A DNA stretch of 60,507 nt from a virus (taxonomy: Duplodnaviria > Caudoviricetes): positions 1 to 60,507 of IMG/VR virus record IMGVR_UViG_3300030090_004814. The stretch is one strand, 5' to 3'. Positions 38,101 through 46,390 of the stretch are shown here, piece by piece. Both the position numbers and the translations under genes were made by a program. Under the pieces are notes generated by a model. It worked only from the letters and a program-made list of their open reading frames with translations, did not search any database and was not told the origin of the DNA. Position 1 is the first letter of the stretch, and each line of letters opens with the position of its first letter.

Positions 38101-40115
38101 GCAACATTAGGCACATTGTTTATAGCATTCTTAAATTGTCTAAATGATGCTCCTTTGGCTACAATGTTTTCTAAACCACCTGCACCAAAAGCAGAAAATC
38201 CAGAAGTTATAACACCAGTCAAAGTACCTCTTGCAAAAGCAGCTCCTAAAGCTTTGTCATGTTTTTCTTCATGACTCATATCTTCTGGCAAAGAGTTATA
38301 GATAGAAGCGTAGGTAGCTCCTGCTGATCTGTTAGCAGAAGTTAAAAACAAAGAAGAAGTAATACCAAACTTCTGTGCTGTTTGCTCATTGAAACGACCT
38401 ATAGCTAATGGAGTTTTCTTAGGGTCAATAGCAGCTTCATTTGCAATTCTTTTGATTGCTTGTTCTTTAGAAGCAACGTTATCTAATTTTCTACCAACCC
38501 CTAAAGCTTTAGCCCCTTTAGTTAATGGACCTGCTAAGAAGTAAGTAGAAGCTAAGTCTGCTCCGACAGCTGGAAGTATAGTAGCTAAGTCATAGCCTAC
38601 TCCAAACTCCCCACCGAAAAGACCATCTAGTTCTCTCCTTTGTGACTGTTTCTTTTGAGATTCTTTTAAGTAATTAGCAGAAGCGTCGTTGCCTAGTAAG
38701 GCTCCAATAGAAGCACCAATCCCTACGATTGCTTCAGGGACAGATGCACGGACACCACCCCACCAGTTCTTTGAAGCATCATAGTTTTTCTCATTAGAAA
38801 GAAACTCATCAACAAAGGCAACTCTATCCTCTTTCCATTTCTGTGGGTTCTCAGCTTTTGCTCTAGCCCACTTGTCTCCAACCGCTGATTCTAAATGATC
38901 ACTACTAAGTACATCATCAATGTGATAAGATCTAGAATACATATAGTTTCTTCTAGATTCACTAAGTGCTTTTCTCTGACTAGGAGTAAGTCTGTCATCT
39001 TTTAAAAGCTCATTAAAAGCTTTTGGGTTCTCCATTACAGTTGGGTGTGCAATAGGCACTCCCATTGGAGTAAGTCTTAAATTGTTTTCAGGTTTGTCTT
39101 CATCATACTTAAAAGCACCCTGGTTGTTTGTGTGGACAATAGATAGTTCTTTAATTAAGTTAGCTATTCTCTCATTGGAAAACCTGTAAGAGTTATCAAC
39201 AGAAATACCAGCTGCTTCTGCATCTCCCCATCCTTTTCGTTTAGCAAACTCATTGAGAAAAATTGGAGTAAGGTCTTCTATTTCTTCAGGTAATTCTTCT
39301 GATAAAATTTGTGTTATCTTTTCAGGTCTGTCTGCAAAGATTTGCTGTAACCAATTTCCTTTTGTTCTATAAGTCTCAAGATCAATTGAGTTAACAATGG
39401 CATCGTTAATTGTTTTAGCATAAGGTGAGTCTTTATCACCAAGCATCTCACGTAAAATACCTAAGTCTTCTTCATCTAAATCTGATTCAAAATTAGTTTT
39501 ACCAGGCACCCTTGTAGATTCTAACCCCTCAGAAACTTGCCATAGATCTCTAGGATCAACAGCACCTAGAGTCACTGCACTCAATGCTCTTTGACTAGCT
39601 AACTTCTTTTTATCAGGAGAGGTTCCTAAAACATCATAATCTCCTACTTGTACAGTTCCTCGACCACCTTCTAAAATAGTAGCAAAAGGTAGTTCACCAC
39701 TTGCCATTAAAGATTTTTTAGCCCTATTAAGATATTCATTTTGTTTGGCTGTATCAATTGCAGCAAAATCTACGTTAGGGAAAACTCTATTTACAATACG
39801 CTCATCATTTAAACTACCTGATTGGTAAGCGGTTGATTGATTAGCTAGTGCTGCATAATCTTCATCAGATACTTCCTCCCCATTAGAAGCCCAATTAACA
39901 TAGTAGTTCTGAATATCCGCTTCTTTCTCTCTAGTTAACTCGCCTCGTTTAAAGAGTTCTGTCCGGTAGTAATCTAAATACTGGGGTAGATCCTGATCTG
40001 TTGTTAAATCCTCATCACTGTTGATTTGTTTCCATTGAGGATATGAATATAAAGAACCTAATTCATTATTAATTGGTGTTTCAGCAGTCGCTAAATTTGA
40101 TCTGTTAAGTGCCAC
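32166..40115 (-). CDS. Giant internal virion/ejection (polyvalent) protein
   Basis: 2649 aa; HExxH zincin motif (AHEFVH); Gly/Ala hydrophobic segments; third of three large core genes. Confidence 0.75.
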   Translation of the reverse strand: MALNRSNLATAETPINNELGSLYSYPQWKQINSDEDLTTDQDLPQYLDYYRTELFKRGELTREKEADIQNYYVNWASNGEEVSDEDYAALANQSTAYQSGSLNDERIVNRVFPNVDFAAIDTAKQNEYLNRAKKSLMASGELPFATILEGGRGTVQVGDYDVLGTSPDKKKLASQRALSAVTLGAVDPRDLWQVSEGLESTRVPGKTNFESDLDEEDLGILREMLGDKDSPYAKTINDAIVNSIDLETYRTKGNWLQQIFADRPEKITQILSEELPEEIEDLTPIFLNEFAKRKGWGDAEAAGISVDNSYRFSNERIANLIKELSIVHTNNQGAFKYDEDKPENNLRLTPMGVPIAHPTVMENPKAFNELLKDDRLTPSQRKALSESRRNYMYSRSYHIDDVLSSDHLESAVGDKWARAKAENPQKWKEDRVAFVDEFLSNEKNYDASKNWWGGVRASVPEAIVGIGASIGALLGNDASANYLKESQKKQSQRRELDGLFGGEFGVGYDLATILPAVGADLASTYFLAGPLTKGAKALGVGRKLDNVASKEQAIKRIANEAAIDPKKTPLAIGRFNEQTAQKFGITSSLFLTSANRSAGATYASIYNSLPEDMSHEEKHDKALGAAFARGTLTGVITSGFSAFGAGGLENIVAKGASFRQFKNAINNVPNVAFKANEETTKALLRNTIAKQAAELYKKEANSTLIKKALGSAAAEGAEEGLDEFIGSFVDSAVLNEFVPMKERISQGLYAGGLGSILGGTMTVGSETFFGPDRLLKSTNVKSEENKKTVALNTALAQASQALDEAGLVISAEQLQESLKVTNPIETKEAGAEAPVAEDVTVVGDAEIEGAVEEFEETLAEKPTSRTILTNFGSKLTKEDVADYISGWVPTNTKEDIFIQYVDGKLPDNNPMRVGINAGTTDNPNIVLQIDTDKITAQLKDLKGKEARKKALDTMLAHEFVHVSESSLLKDMWRKRSSQEEGLNFLQFSKKKLTEVYESLAKGEGIDKLRNSVAVYKGMEVDDVILPGELEPNSEQSPTMEADEIVSEFTRQFIESETKLTDITKDKGFLEFLQDLVQHVRGFLDPNVQESKDQYSFINKSVAKYLNDIEAAYTNTLASSIRGRFVDFEKASKEKLEVEDVELSVEPEETPITTEDSLWLKANEVSKRKITNKGVRNQEETAEKVQQANIEKVEAYLLSDPEVQQSIPNFNRAKLDVIRDKYVDFLESVSTRKEKITFPEISQRGSENYVEGVTVGRIKDIMVTSKVSGDTVDTFLIKVLNEFGTNVATETQAVETIIDNNPPSAIYLDEGPALSANSQETDFTTETTEGANELLVDAAVHVRNNITKKYIVRTTNSPNLAAVTVDEGVLEFNKVALIDALSSYRKTKGEEASLNGYLESEFTIKSIEDTFLNDNLSVESFADLGIDDKFLSFISSENDLLFDTGIFSEEDIEAQGDEVVKSIAINAIKKLTAEAVSGKDYRDSLTILNSFPKLKEIAMQSLDNSIDLISQSLDKDLASDVSKELALKLDSLGTARTHLRKGYVFNPEKMIVYNGGATAEAGLEQIRNVITKADDPQALTDIEKEFRTLIEVPIGQLGSYTSPVEGKPNWIKTFWSWFTGLKDPRWKREMERRESFMNGIRTEVESYIGQIERLVNEGWGGFTAEINTLLEQATGERNNINVSEEVDAVFIAERDAAKLAARDLENPKDVIEAVKKADRDYESAVIKEKQRIRQETLARVDQALNKISEKSPELAETLRGLRFKITASSRYISEQLSKIDKDEYTDIEARFSAQEGFYLTRSYRIFQDASWKEFIFSKDNPKAKALRLNAAREIFKQNQENEISAEVIKKDKEAYANNDVDWITKSESAKRAEFSGLAKTLAQALETEGQSEEAFLEATFKNNFSKYGEDLDADVLKKKQDLPKAVREALGEIPDGTWNVVKTYENVSYLVNRLAVDANLERLGTAGEPDQRWLVTREQRNELGLDDYQLIDTALKTDKDDVFSPLIGKGYYAPPELINDIQEARTFVQEGTRLTDKLTKSINGIVRKSIGYSLGIKTLTSTTYYIRNIVGNTTYFALSLGLPPGTGITKIKGELARAITSPKEVNEYVNKLVKDGVIEREFSVALYEDMVNGLITEESLREQTSDLLNELQKENGLPPIEADSDKSLLDTLKQVGKKGYKISKKLENKLQKLSLASDSFYKIAVYEYELNNLQEARAYDDESGIDTGFKGKSDRELELMAIDKLKKTAQYFSQNMPGTEAFSRSTAGALVAPYYRFRAEVGRIMVNNTMLAAQEIKSKNPVIRKRGLQRAAGAATVGAVSTVATFAAEAALLIFVYGLGHRPADDLGDEEKEALQLSVPSYLRNHTFLYTKKNGKYYSWDLTYLNPYSTYLDAFPAIQRSLGRGESPLEAMGHGMHILFSAPFLEGQIATKAFYNMLNNKNSKDEAIFFEHDDLGTKAAKGLASFAKEAYGAPTFMRLSENIKGMLSDDPTYTMSKLLRDEFSPLKPYEIKPQTALYNFTRPIEQDKLAMRKALNKLATSKPVSDDELRDTLQNLVNSYKRSAKTFKRHAPAFPKLGATPEQVRKIGGELFTKEGYKNIMLNNYVPALFFSNRMKEVFKNSSNPEVRARLSKAASFLLEQTENGFISLE

Positions 40116-40137
40116 GACAAAGTATTAAATGTTAAAA

Positions 40138-41226
40138 TTATATTCTAGGTGGGATTCCTAATCCTCCTAATCCAGATGATGTTCCTGGAATACCTCTAGA
40201 GCTAGGGTCAAACCTATTTAGTTTTCTTACGCCTGTTATAGGTTGAGTGCTGACTCTATAAAGTAAAGATTGTAACAAGCTTTTTGGTTCTGCAAAAAGA
40301 GCACCACCAATTAAACCTGCCGTACCATCGTCGGTAGGTTTAGGCTGTTGAGTCCAATCAAAAAGTTTTTTATAAGCTTCAGAACCCATAAGTCCCATCG
40401 AAGCAGCTTCTGCTAAGACCATATCAGAAGCATTTTTAAGAGAGTCCCAACTAGCATCATCCCCTACAGAACTTTCAACGAAGCTCTTTAAAGCTGTGAT
40501 CCTGTCTTTTGATAACTCATCTTGTTTCTCTCTTTGTTCTTTTTTGATAGACCCTTTGATAGCTTCTTTAGCTCCTTTAACAATAGGACTAGTAGGTGCC
40601 ATCCCAATTGATTTAGCAGCTTCTTCAACAGCTTCAGGAGACTGAGTAGCTATAGCATCAGAAAATAATTTTACTCCTAAGTTAGATACATTAGGGTCCG
40701 TTGAATTCTTAATAGCCGATGTAGTTATATCTAATAATTTTTTACCTTGGTCTGTTTGTAAAAGAGTAGGATCTGAAAACAACTGCCTATATGCAAAGTT
40801 TGCTTGTTCAGAAGGTGTTGCATCAGATGCAAAGACAGGGCTAAGTCTTTCAGACATGATTGCAAACCTTTGCTCTATCTCTCTATCTTTTTTTAGAGTC
40901 TCTGCTTCACGTTTAATCTTTGCGTTTTGTTGCCTAAGGGCTAATTCTTTCTGAGCAGTATCAAGTTTTCTATAAGAATCACTATATTCTTCTGATTCTA
41001 ATTTATCAAAAGCAGGACCATAATCTTTTCTTATCTGCGATCCATGTTGACTTCCTAAGGACATACTAAATATGTCACTCTTCAAAGCCTGAATATCTTC
41101 TACCCCAAACGAATCTTGTGGATTCGCTGATCTAGCTTGTGCATCTGCTAGAAGAAAATCTGCTTGACGATTTATGTTGTCGTAAGAAGCTTTTTGCCTA
41201 GCACTAAGTGTATCCCTGTACGACAT
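40138..41226 (-). CDS. Putative internal virion/ejection protein
   Basis: 362 aa, helical, upstream of the giant protein. Confidence 0.6.
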   Translation of the reverse strand: MSYRDTLSARQKASYDNINRQADFLLADAQARSANPQDSFGVEDIQALKSDIFSMSLGSQHGSQIRKDYGPAFDKLESEEYSDSYRKLDTAQKELALRQQNAKIKREAETLKKDREIEQRFAIMSERLSPVFASDATPSEQANFAYRQLFSDPTLLQTDQGKKLLDITTSAIKNSTDPNVSNLGVKLFSDAIATQSPEAVEEAAKSIGMAPTSPIVKGAKEAIKGSIKKEQREKQDELSKDRITALKSFVESSVGDDASWDSLKNASDMVLAEAASMGLMGSEAYKKLFDWTQQPKPTDDGTAGLIGGALFAEPKSLLQSLLYRVSTQPITGVRKLNRFDPSSRGIPGTSSGLGGLGIPPRI

Positions 41227-41227
41227 C

Positions 41228-42829
41228 TTAGCGTCTTCTACCTCCTCCGATTAAGAAATCTTTAAGATCCGATAATCCCTCACCAACTGGATCTAAAGCT
41301 TCTTCTTTAATAGCTGTCGCAACACTACGTTTTTTCTTTCTTTCAGCGGCTTCTTTTTGGAAAAGCCTATCTAACTCCGCATCTTCAGCTTCTTCTCTTT
41401 TCTTAGCTTCTTCTGCTCTCCTCTCTTCTTCTTCTTTAACTTTTTCATCCACTTCAGCTAGTTTCTTTTGGTATTCTTCTTGATCTTTTTCATACCTCTC
41501 TTGCTCTTCTGCTTGTAGCATATCAAACTCTGCCTTTTCTGCTTCAATTGCTTTTAACTCATCGGCAGCAGATAATGGTTTTTGTTCTATTGTAGCATTT
41601 TTAGTAGCATCAAAAGCAGCAAGTTTGTCATCCGGTAACTTCTTTTCAGCAGGTTTTCCTTGTTTAGGAGGCTCTCCTTGTGCGGGTGATTTCCTATTCA
41701 TTATGTCTCTAAAGAGTGCAATATCTTGAGGGCCTAAATTTTCACCCATCGCTATCTTTCTTTCTAATATCTTACTCTGTGTAAAATCTAACCCTTTCCG
41801 ACTTTGTTCAGCATCTCCTTTTTTAAAGACTTCTGCTTTATAATCTTTTATTTGTTGCTGTTTAGCTCTGCCTTTTGTGTTACGGACAACCCTATCAAAA
41901 TCTCTCTCATCAAAAGATGAATCCCCTAGTTTTCTACCTTCTCTCAAAATCCTAGCTTTTTCCTCAGGGTTTTTACTGAAGTACATGGGATCTGCTGCAC
42001 CTTCTCTAGTCATTCTAGAAATGATCTGATTACCTAACTCTCTTCGTCTATCTACATTAGATAAAGTCTCAGCCTGACTGTCTTCAAAGGCTCTCGTCCT
42101 CGCATCTTCTAAGATCTTTTCCATATAATCTTTACGAGCTTGAGACATTTCTTCAGGAGCTTCAGGTTCAACAAGACCCTCCATCTGCTGCGATCTAAAA
42201 GCTTTTAAATCTAAAGGCTCTGCTGAAGGAATACCTAAAGCTGAAGCATCTTCAGATACTTTAGGTAAAGGCTCTCCTCCTTGCAAAAGAGTCGCACCTA
42301 TTCTTGTTCTAGGACGAGTTCTACTTCCGCTTCTAAGCATTTCCGTAAACCTATTTAATCTAGTTGGAGCTGCTTTAGGTGCAGAAGAAGCAACACGATC
42401 TATCGGGGTGTCTCTTCTAGCCCCTAAAAGTTGATTGTCAGTTCTACCTCTGCCAGATGTTTGTCTAGATCTAGGTAATCGTTGTCTTGGAGGTCTTGTG
42501 GTAGCTCCTGCTCGACCAAAAGCTCCTTCCCCCATTTTGCCAAAGCTTCCTTTTTGGTTTCTAACAGCAGTATCTACCCCTTCTCCTGCAAGTTTCCCAG
42601 TCCCTTTGGTTGTGCCTTTAGCTGCTCCTGTAGCAGCAGTTTTACCTAATTTTCCTAGGGTTACTGCTTGACCTATGCCAGGTAAAGCTGCTGAAGCTCT
42701 TAAAACACCTGAGGCAACATCACCTCTTTGAAAAGAAATACCTGCATTTATTAAGTCAACAAAGTTGCCAACTATGGGAGTCATACCCGCTACGTCTAAA
42801 CCTGTTTGTAATTTGTCAAGCCAAGCCAT
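41228..42829 (-). CDS. Putative ejection protein with N-terminal pre-toxin TG-like domain
   Basis: LDVAGMTPIVGNFVDLINAGI...GD.......AALPGIG; charged coiled-coil C-terminus. Confidence 0.6.
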   Translation of the reverse strand: MAWLDKLQTGLDVAGMTPIVGNFVDLINAGISFQRGDVASGVLRASAALPGIGQAVTLGKLGKTAATGAAKGTTKGTGKLAGEGVDTAVRNQKGSFGKMGEGAFGRAGATTRPPRQRLPRSRQTSGRGRTDNQLLGARRDTPIDRVASSAPKAAPTRLNRFTEMLRSGSRTRPRTRIGATLLQGGEPLPKVSEDASALGIPSAEPLDLKAFRSQQMEGLVEPEAPEEMSQARKDYMEKILEDARTRAFEDSQAETLSNVDRRRELGNQIISRMTREGAADPMYFSKNPEEKARILREGRKLGDSSFDERDFDRVVRNTKGRAKQQQIKDYKAEVFKKGDAEQSRKGLDFTQSKILERKIAMGENLGPQDIALFRDIMNRKSPAQGEPPKQGKPAEKKLPDDKLAAFDATKNATIEQKPLSAADELKAIEAEKAEFDMLQAEEQERYEKDQEEYQKKLAEVDEKVKEEEERRAEEAKKREEAEDAELDRLFQKEAAERKKKRSVATAIKEEALDPVGEGLSDLKDFLIGGGRRR

Positions 42830-42876
42830 TTATATAAAAATTGTTAAGTTCATGAATAAGAAAAGAAGAATGTATA

Positions 42877-42904
42877 AATTTAAGGTTTATTAGTGGTAAG
42901 TCAA
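42877..42904 (-). promoter_or_regulatory. sigma70-like promoter
   Basis: TTGACT-16-TAAATT. Confidence 0.5.
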
Positions 42905-42952
42905 CCAATCGGCTAGCACACTCTGCATAAGAAAGGTGTGCACAAAAATACC

Positions 42953-43044
42953 CCCCTATCTAAAAACTTTATAAAACCCTATTAAGCATATTATTACATA
43001 TTGTTGTAAAATGCTTTTCTTGTGTTAGGGATTTTTTTAAAGTT
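42953..43044. repeat. Bipartite conserved element, copy 2, in a hairpin
   Basis: CCCCTATCTAAAAACTT-N12-TTAAGCATATTATTACATATTGTTGTAAAATGCT. Confidence 0.85.
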
Positions 43045-44806
43045 GATCTGTTGCTAAAATAGTAGAAAGTTTCTTCAAACTTCTTCCTTTTGAAAAAGTT
43101 CCATCTGAATTTTTCGTAGGAGGGTCAACTGCAACCAATCCGTGCCTCTGCCTGGCTAAATCTAAACACAAAAAAGCAGCATCCGCTAAGTCTGGTGATT
43201 GCCCAAAACGAGCTTTATAGTCAGGTTTTGACTCTAATTTCATGCGTAGCGTAGTGCTTTTTACCAAATCATAGTTCCTGCTAGTTATTTCTTTAGCTAA
43301 ATCACTTGATATACCAAACAATTGCTTTGTCCTACATAACTCTTTGCCAACAAACCAAAGCTCACTTACTCTGTTAAAGTAAAGCTCATACCCTGTTAGC
43401 TTACTTTTAGAACTAACCTTCTTATCTGATGCCTTCCCACCAAAAGAAACACGAAGAATCCCCTCACCAAACTCTGCCGCTAGTATGTCAGCCAAAGGAG
43501 AACCCGCACCTGTCGAGTCAATTGCAAGATCATATGGTTGAACCCCCCTCTTTTGACACGCCTCTTTCACCTGCTGAACAATCTGATAAGATCGGGGGAC
43601 GGCTTTGTTGGTGGCATCGTCAGTAAGTTGAACAGATTCTCCCAACTCACAAACAAATTGACCTGTTATATCTACTCCAACTTTACCAAAGTATAAGATA
43701 GATCTGTCACCATTGTTAGTAAATGCAGGGTCAAATCCCGCAATCGACGTAGGTTTGCTTTTCCATTTAACCTGATTCATGGACCCTGATCTTATGATCT
43801 CTGATTCACTGTACACAGTTTCAGCTTCATCTGAGTCAAAGAATACTGCTCTGACCATTCGCATGTACCCTCTACTCTCAGGACCTAGCAACTCAGCATC
43901 CTCTTCAATTTTTTGTGCAGTAGGTAGCCAAGGGTATAAGTCTTCTCCTGCTAAGACATTAGGAGATCTTTCTCCATCGAGTCTTATATACGTCCCTCCC
44001 CATTTAGTTTCCCATGTATCATCTGTTTCTACGTTAACAGATTCCCAACCTCCACCTTCTTTAGGAGTACTCCACACACCGAAAGCATCGAACCTACTTG
44101 ATGGGTTACTCATACCAACTAGCGAGAAGTAAGGGTTTTTTGACAAGTTTGATAGCCCTGCTTGTAGAATAGCTTCGCTTAATTCACTAAGCTCGTCTGC
44201 AATCAAGAAGACTTTTTTCTGCTTAATACCTATAAACTTACCAACCGCTTCTCTTGTTTTTGATTTTTCAGCAGCAATCAAAGATAATCCAGCTCTTTCT
44301 ACTAAGTTCCCTTGTTCATTTATATAAGCGACATTACCGATTGAATCTCTAATCTTAAAAGGAGCACCTTCTAAAACAGAGAGTAAACTGATCACTGAAC
44401 CCCAAATCCTTTTCCGTGCTTCTCTGAGCGTGGTAGAAGTGAGTAGGATTAATGTTTCATGTGGAGCAGCCATCCAATTGATAATACCCCACGCTGCCAT
44501 TGTATGTGACTTACCACTAGATGCAGCACCTCCTACAGCAACATATTTATTTTTGAGACAAGTCCTTACTATTTCTTCTGCCCAAGGATGTCTTACCATT
44601 AAAGGTTCAGGAACATCAGAGTTATTCCAAAGCTCGTCACAAAGTCTCCAAAAATAATATTCTCTAGCAGAGTCTTTTTTATGTTTAGAAAAACCGTACA
44701 GGAGTGCAGAGATCAGATTACATGGCGGTATTTTCATACCACCGACATCCATCATTTTTGTTTTAGCATCTATAGTCGGCTCATAAATAATTTTAGTTGG
44801 AGTCAT
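43037..44806 (-). CDS. terL: Terminase large subunit
   Basis: Walker A GAASSGKS, Walker B LIADE, coupling motif MSNP, RNase H-like GFDPA...D and SPDLADA. Confidence 0.9.
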   Translation of the reverse strand: MTPTKIIYEPTIDAKTKMMDVGGMKIPPCNLISALLYGFSKHKKDSAREYYFWRLCDELWNNSDVPEPLMVRHPWAEEIVRTCLKNKYVAVGGAASSGKSHTMAAWGIINWMAAPHETLILLTSTTLREARKRIWGSVISLLSVLEGAPFKIRDSIGNVAYINEQGNLVERAGLSLIAAEKSKTREAVGKFIGIKQKKVFLIADELSELSEAILQAGLSNLSKNPYFSLVGMSNPSSRFDAFGVWSTPKEGGGWESVNVETDDTWETKWGGTYIRLDGERSPNVLAGEDLYPWLPTAQKIEEDAELLGPESRGYMRMVRAVFFDSDEAETVYSESEIIRSGSMNQVKWKSKPTSIAGFDPAFTNNGDRSILYFGKVGVDITGQFVCELGESVQLTDDATNKAVPRSYQIVQQVKEACQKRGVQPYDLAIDSTGAGSPLADILAAEFGEGILRVSFGGKASDKKVSSKSKLTGYELYFNRVSELWFVGKELCRTKQLFGISSDLAKEITSRNYDLVKSTTLRMKLESKPDYKARFGQSPDLADAAFLCLDLARQRHGLVAVDPPTKNSDGTFSKGRSLKKLSTILATDQL

Positions 44807-44846
44807 GAGATACTTGAAATATAGCAGTTATAATAGTATATGTTAA
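44807..44846. promoter_or_regulatory. Overlapping divergent promoters terL/terS
   Basis: - strand TTAACA-17-TATATT; + strand TATAAT at 44829-44834, 5 nt before ATG. Confidence 0.5.
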
Positions 44847-45370
44847 GTGGTTTGGCTAAAGATAATAAAGAAGAGTTAATTCAAAGAGCAGTTGATTTAT
44901 ACCATCAAGGTTTAAAACCTGCTAGTATTGCTAGAGAATTAGACATACCTGGCACAACAATTAGAAGGTGGTTAAAAAACCATGCGGGAAGAAAACCTAA
45001 AGATGTTAGGGCAAAGGATCATGTTGAAGAAACTTTAACTAAACATGATACCCATATTGAAGAGAAAAAAACTATTGAGCAAATTGCAGATGCTCAAGCT
45101 ACTCCTGCTGAACAGTATAAAGCTTTCATGGCAGGGCTGTCTCTTAAAAAACTAAGAGACGCTGATAAGTTAGGGACGTTAGGTCCAATTAGAACAGCGA
45201 GGGATGCAGAGATTTGGAATAAAATCGCTAGGGAGAACTTAGGATTAACAGATCAAAAAGGAGGTCCTAATGGTAAAATTCAAATTGATTTGTCAATTCT
45301 TAGGGAAGACTGGAAAAAGAAAGGGAAGATTATAGATGCGGAGGAAAGTGAACCTGAAGATAAAAAATAA
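44840..45370 (+). CDS. Putative terminase small subunit (N-terminal HTH)
   Basis: IARELDIPGTTIRRW HTH; helical oligomerisation region; adjacent to terL. Confidence 0.6.
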   Translation: MLSGLAKDNKEELIQRAVDLYHQGLKPASIARELDIPGTTIRRWLKNHAGRKPKDVRAKDHVEETLTKHDTHIEEKKTIEQIADAQATPAEQYKAFMAGLSLKKLRDADKLGTLGPIRTARDAEIWNKIARENLGLTDQKGGPNGKIQIDLSILREDWKKKGKIIDAEESEPEDKK

Positions 45371-45643
45371 ATGTCAACACACGAAGATGGAGATACCGCT
45401 CTGTTATTATATGAAGGATTACAAAATGCTTTTATTGGTAGTATAGAAAGATATGGGCAACCACCAATAGCCTGTTATAGTAAACGATTAGTAATCAAAG
45501 TACTAAAAGAAGAATATGATTTAACAGATAAACAAGCGAGAGACAGGTATGAATTTGAATATTTACTTAGCAATCATGGAGAAGCTACCCCTTGTTTTTT
45601 AAATGATGACCCACCAAATGTTTCAGGATCGTTCAAGGATTAA
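45371..45643 (+). CDS. Conserved phage hypothetical protein
   Basis: G...AFIG......ACYS......L...A......GEATP.F. Confidence 0.65.
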   Translation: MSTHEDGDTALLLYEGLQNAFIGSIERYGQPPIACYSKRLVIKVLKEEYDLTDKQARDRYEFEYLLSNHGEATPCFLNDDPPNVSGSFKD

Positions 45644-45866
45644 TAATCCAACAATAGTTATTAGGAAAAATTTACCTAATGACGACTTTCAATTTGTCAC
45701 TGAAAAAAGAGTTGGCACATACTATTTGGTAATACCAAAAACAGCTAAAGAAATATTCTATATTCAGATGTTAGTAAAAAATGTAGAAGTCATGATACCT
45801 TTTGAAGGGGATGGTTTAATCCTTAGTTGTAAAGTTGTAGATAGATTTTTTGTTTCACCTGACTAA
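45612..45866 (+). CDS. Hypothetical protein
   Basis: ORF coupled to ruvC-like gene; start uncertain. Confidence 0.55.
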   Translation, partial: HQMFQDRSRINNPTIVIRKNLPNDDFQFVTEKRVGTYYLVIPKTAKEIFYIQMLVKNVEVMIPFEGDGLILSCKVVDRFFVSPD

Positions 45867-46351
45867 TGATAATAGGAATTGATAATGGTCTTGATGGTGG
45901 GTTAGCTGCTATTTCTAAAACGACAGGAGACTTAATAAATAAAACGGTTATGCCTACCCTAAAAAGAGGTAACAAAAGAGAAGTAGATGCCTATAGATTG
46001 TACCAGTGGATTTTAGGTTTAGACGAAATGCCAAGCAATTTTGTAATTGCAATAGAAGAACCTTTACACCATGCAAAATCTTCACAAGCAGTAAGATCAA
46101 TGGCATTGTCTTTTGGAAAAATAAAAGGGTTATGTGAAGTAAAAGGGTGGGAGCACTGTTGTGTTTCAGTACATAAATGGCAAAAGAAAATGTTAGGGCA
46201 CGTTCCTAAAGGTATGACAAAAGAGGCAGCAGCTTGGAAAGCAGAATGTTTAGCTCCTGACGAATGTTGGCAAAAAAGCAAAAGGGCTAGCAAGGCACAT
46301 GATGGGATGATTGATGCTTTTTTAATAGCTAGATACATTAGAGGGAAATAG
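45866..46351 (+). CDS. RuvC-like Holliday junction resolvase
   Basis: IIGIDNG.DGG, IEE, W.K, DG..DA.LIA. Confidence 0.85.
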   Translation: MIIGIDNGLDGGLAAISKTTGDLINKTVMPTLKRGNKREVDAYRLYQWILGLDEMPSNFVIAIEEPLHHAKSSQAVRSMALSFGKIKGLCEVKGWEHCCVSVHKWQKKMLGHVPKGMTKEAAAWKAECLAPDECWQKSKRASKAHDGMIDAFLIARYIRGK

Positions 46352-46390
46352 TTCTAGCTTTTTTATTTTAGGTGTGCTAATTAAAAACTA

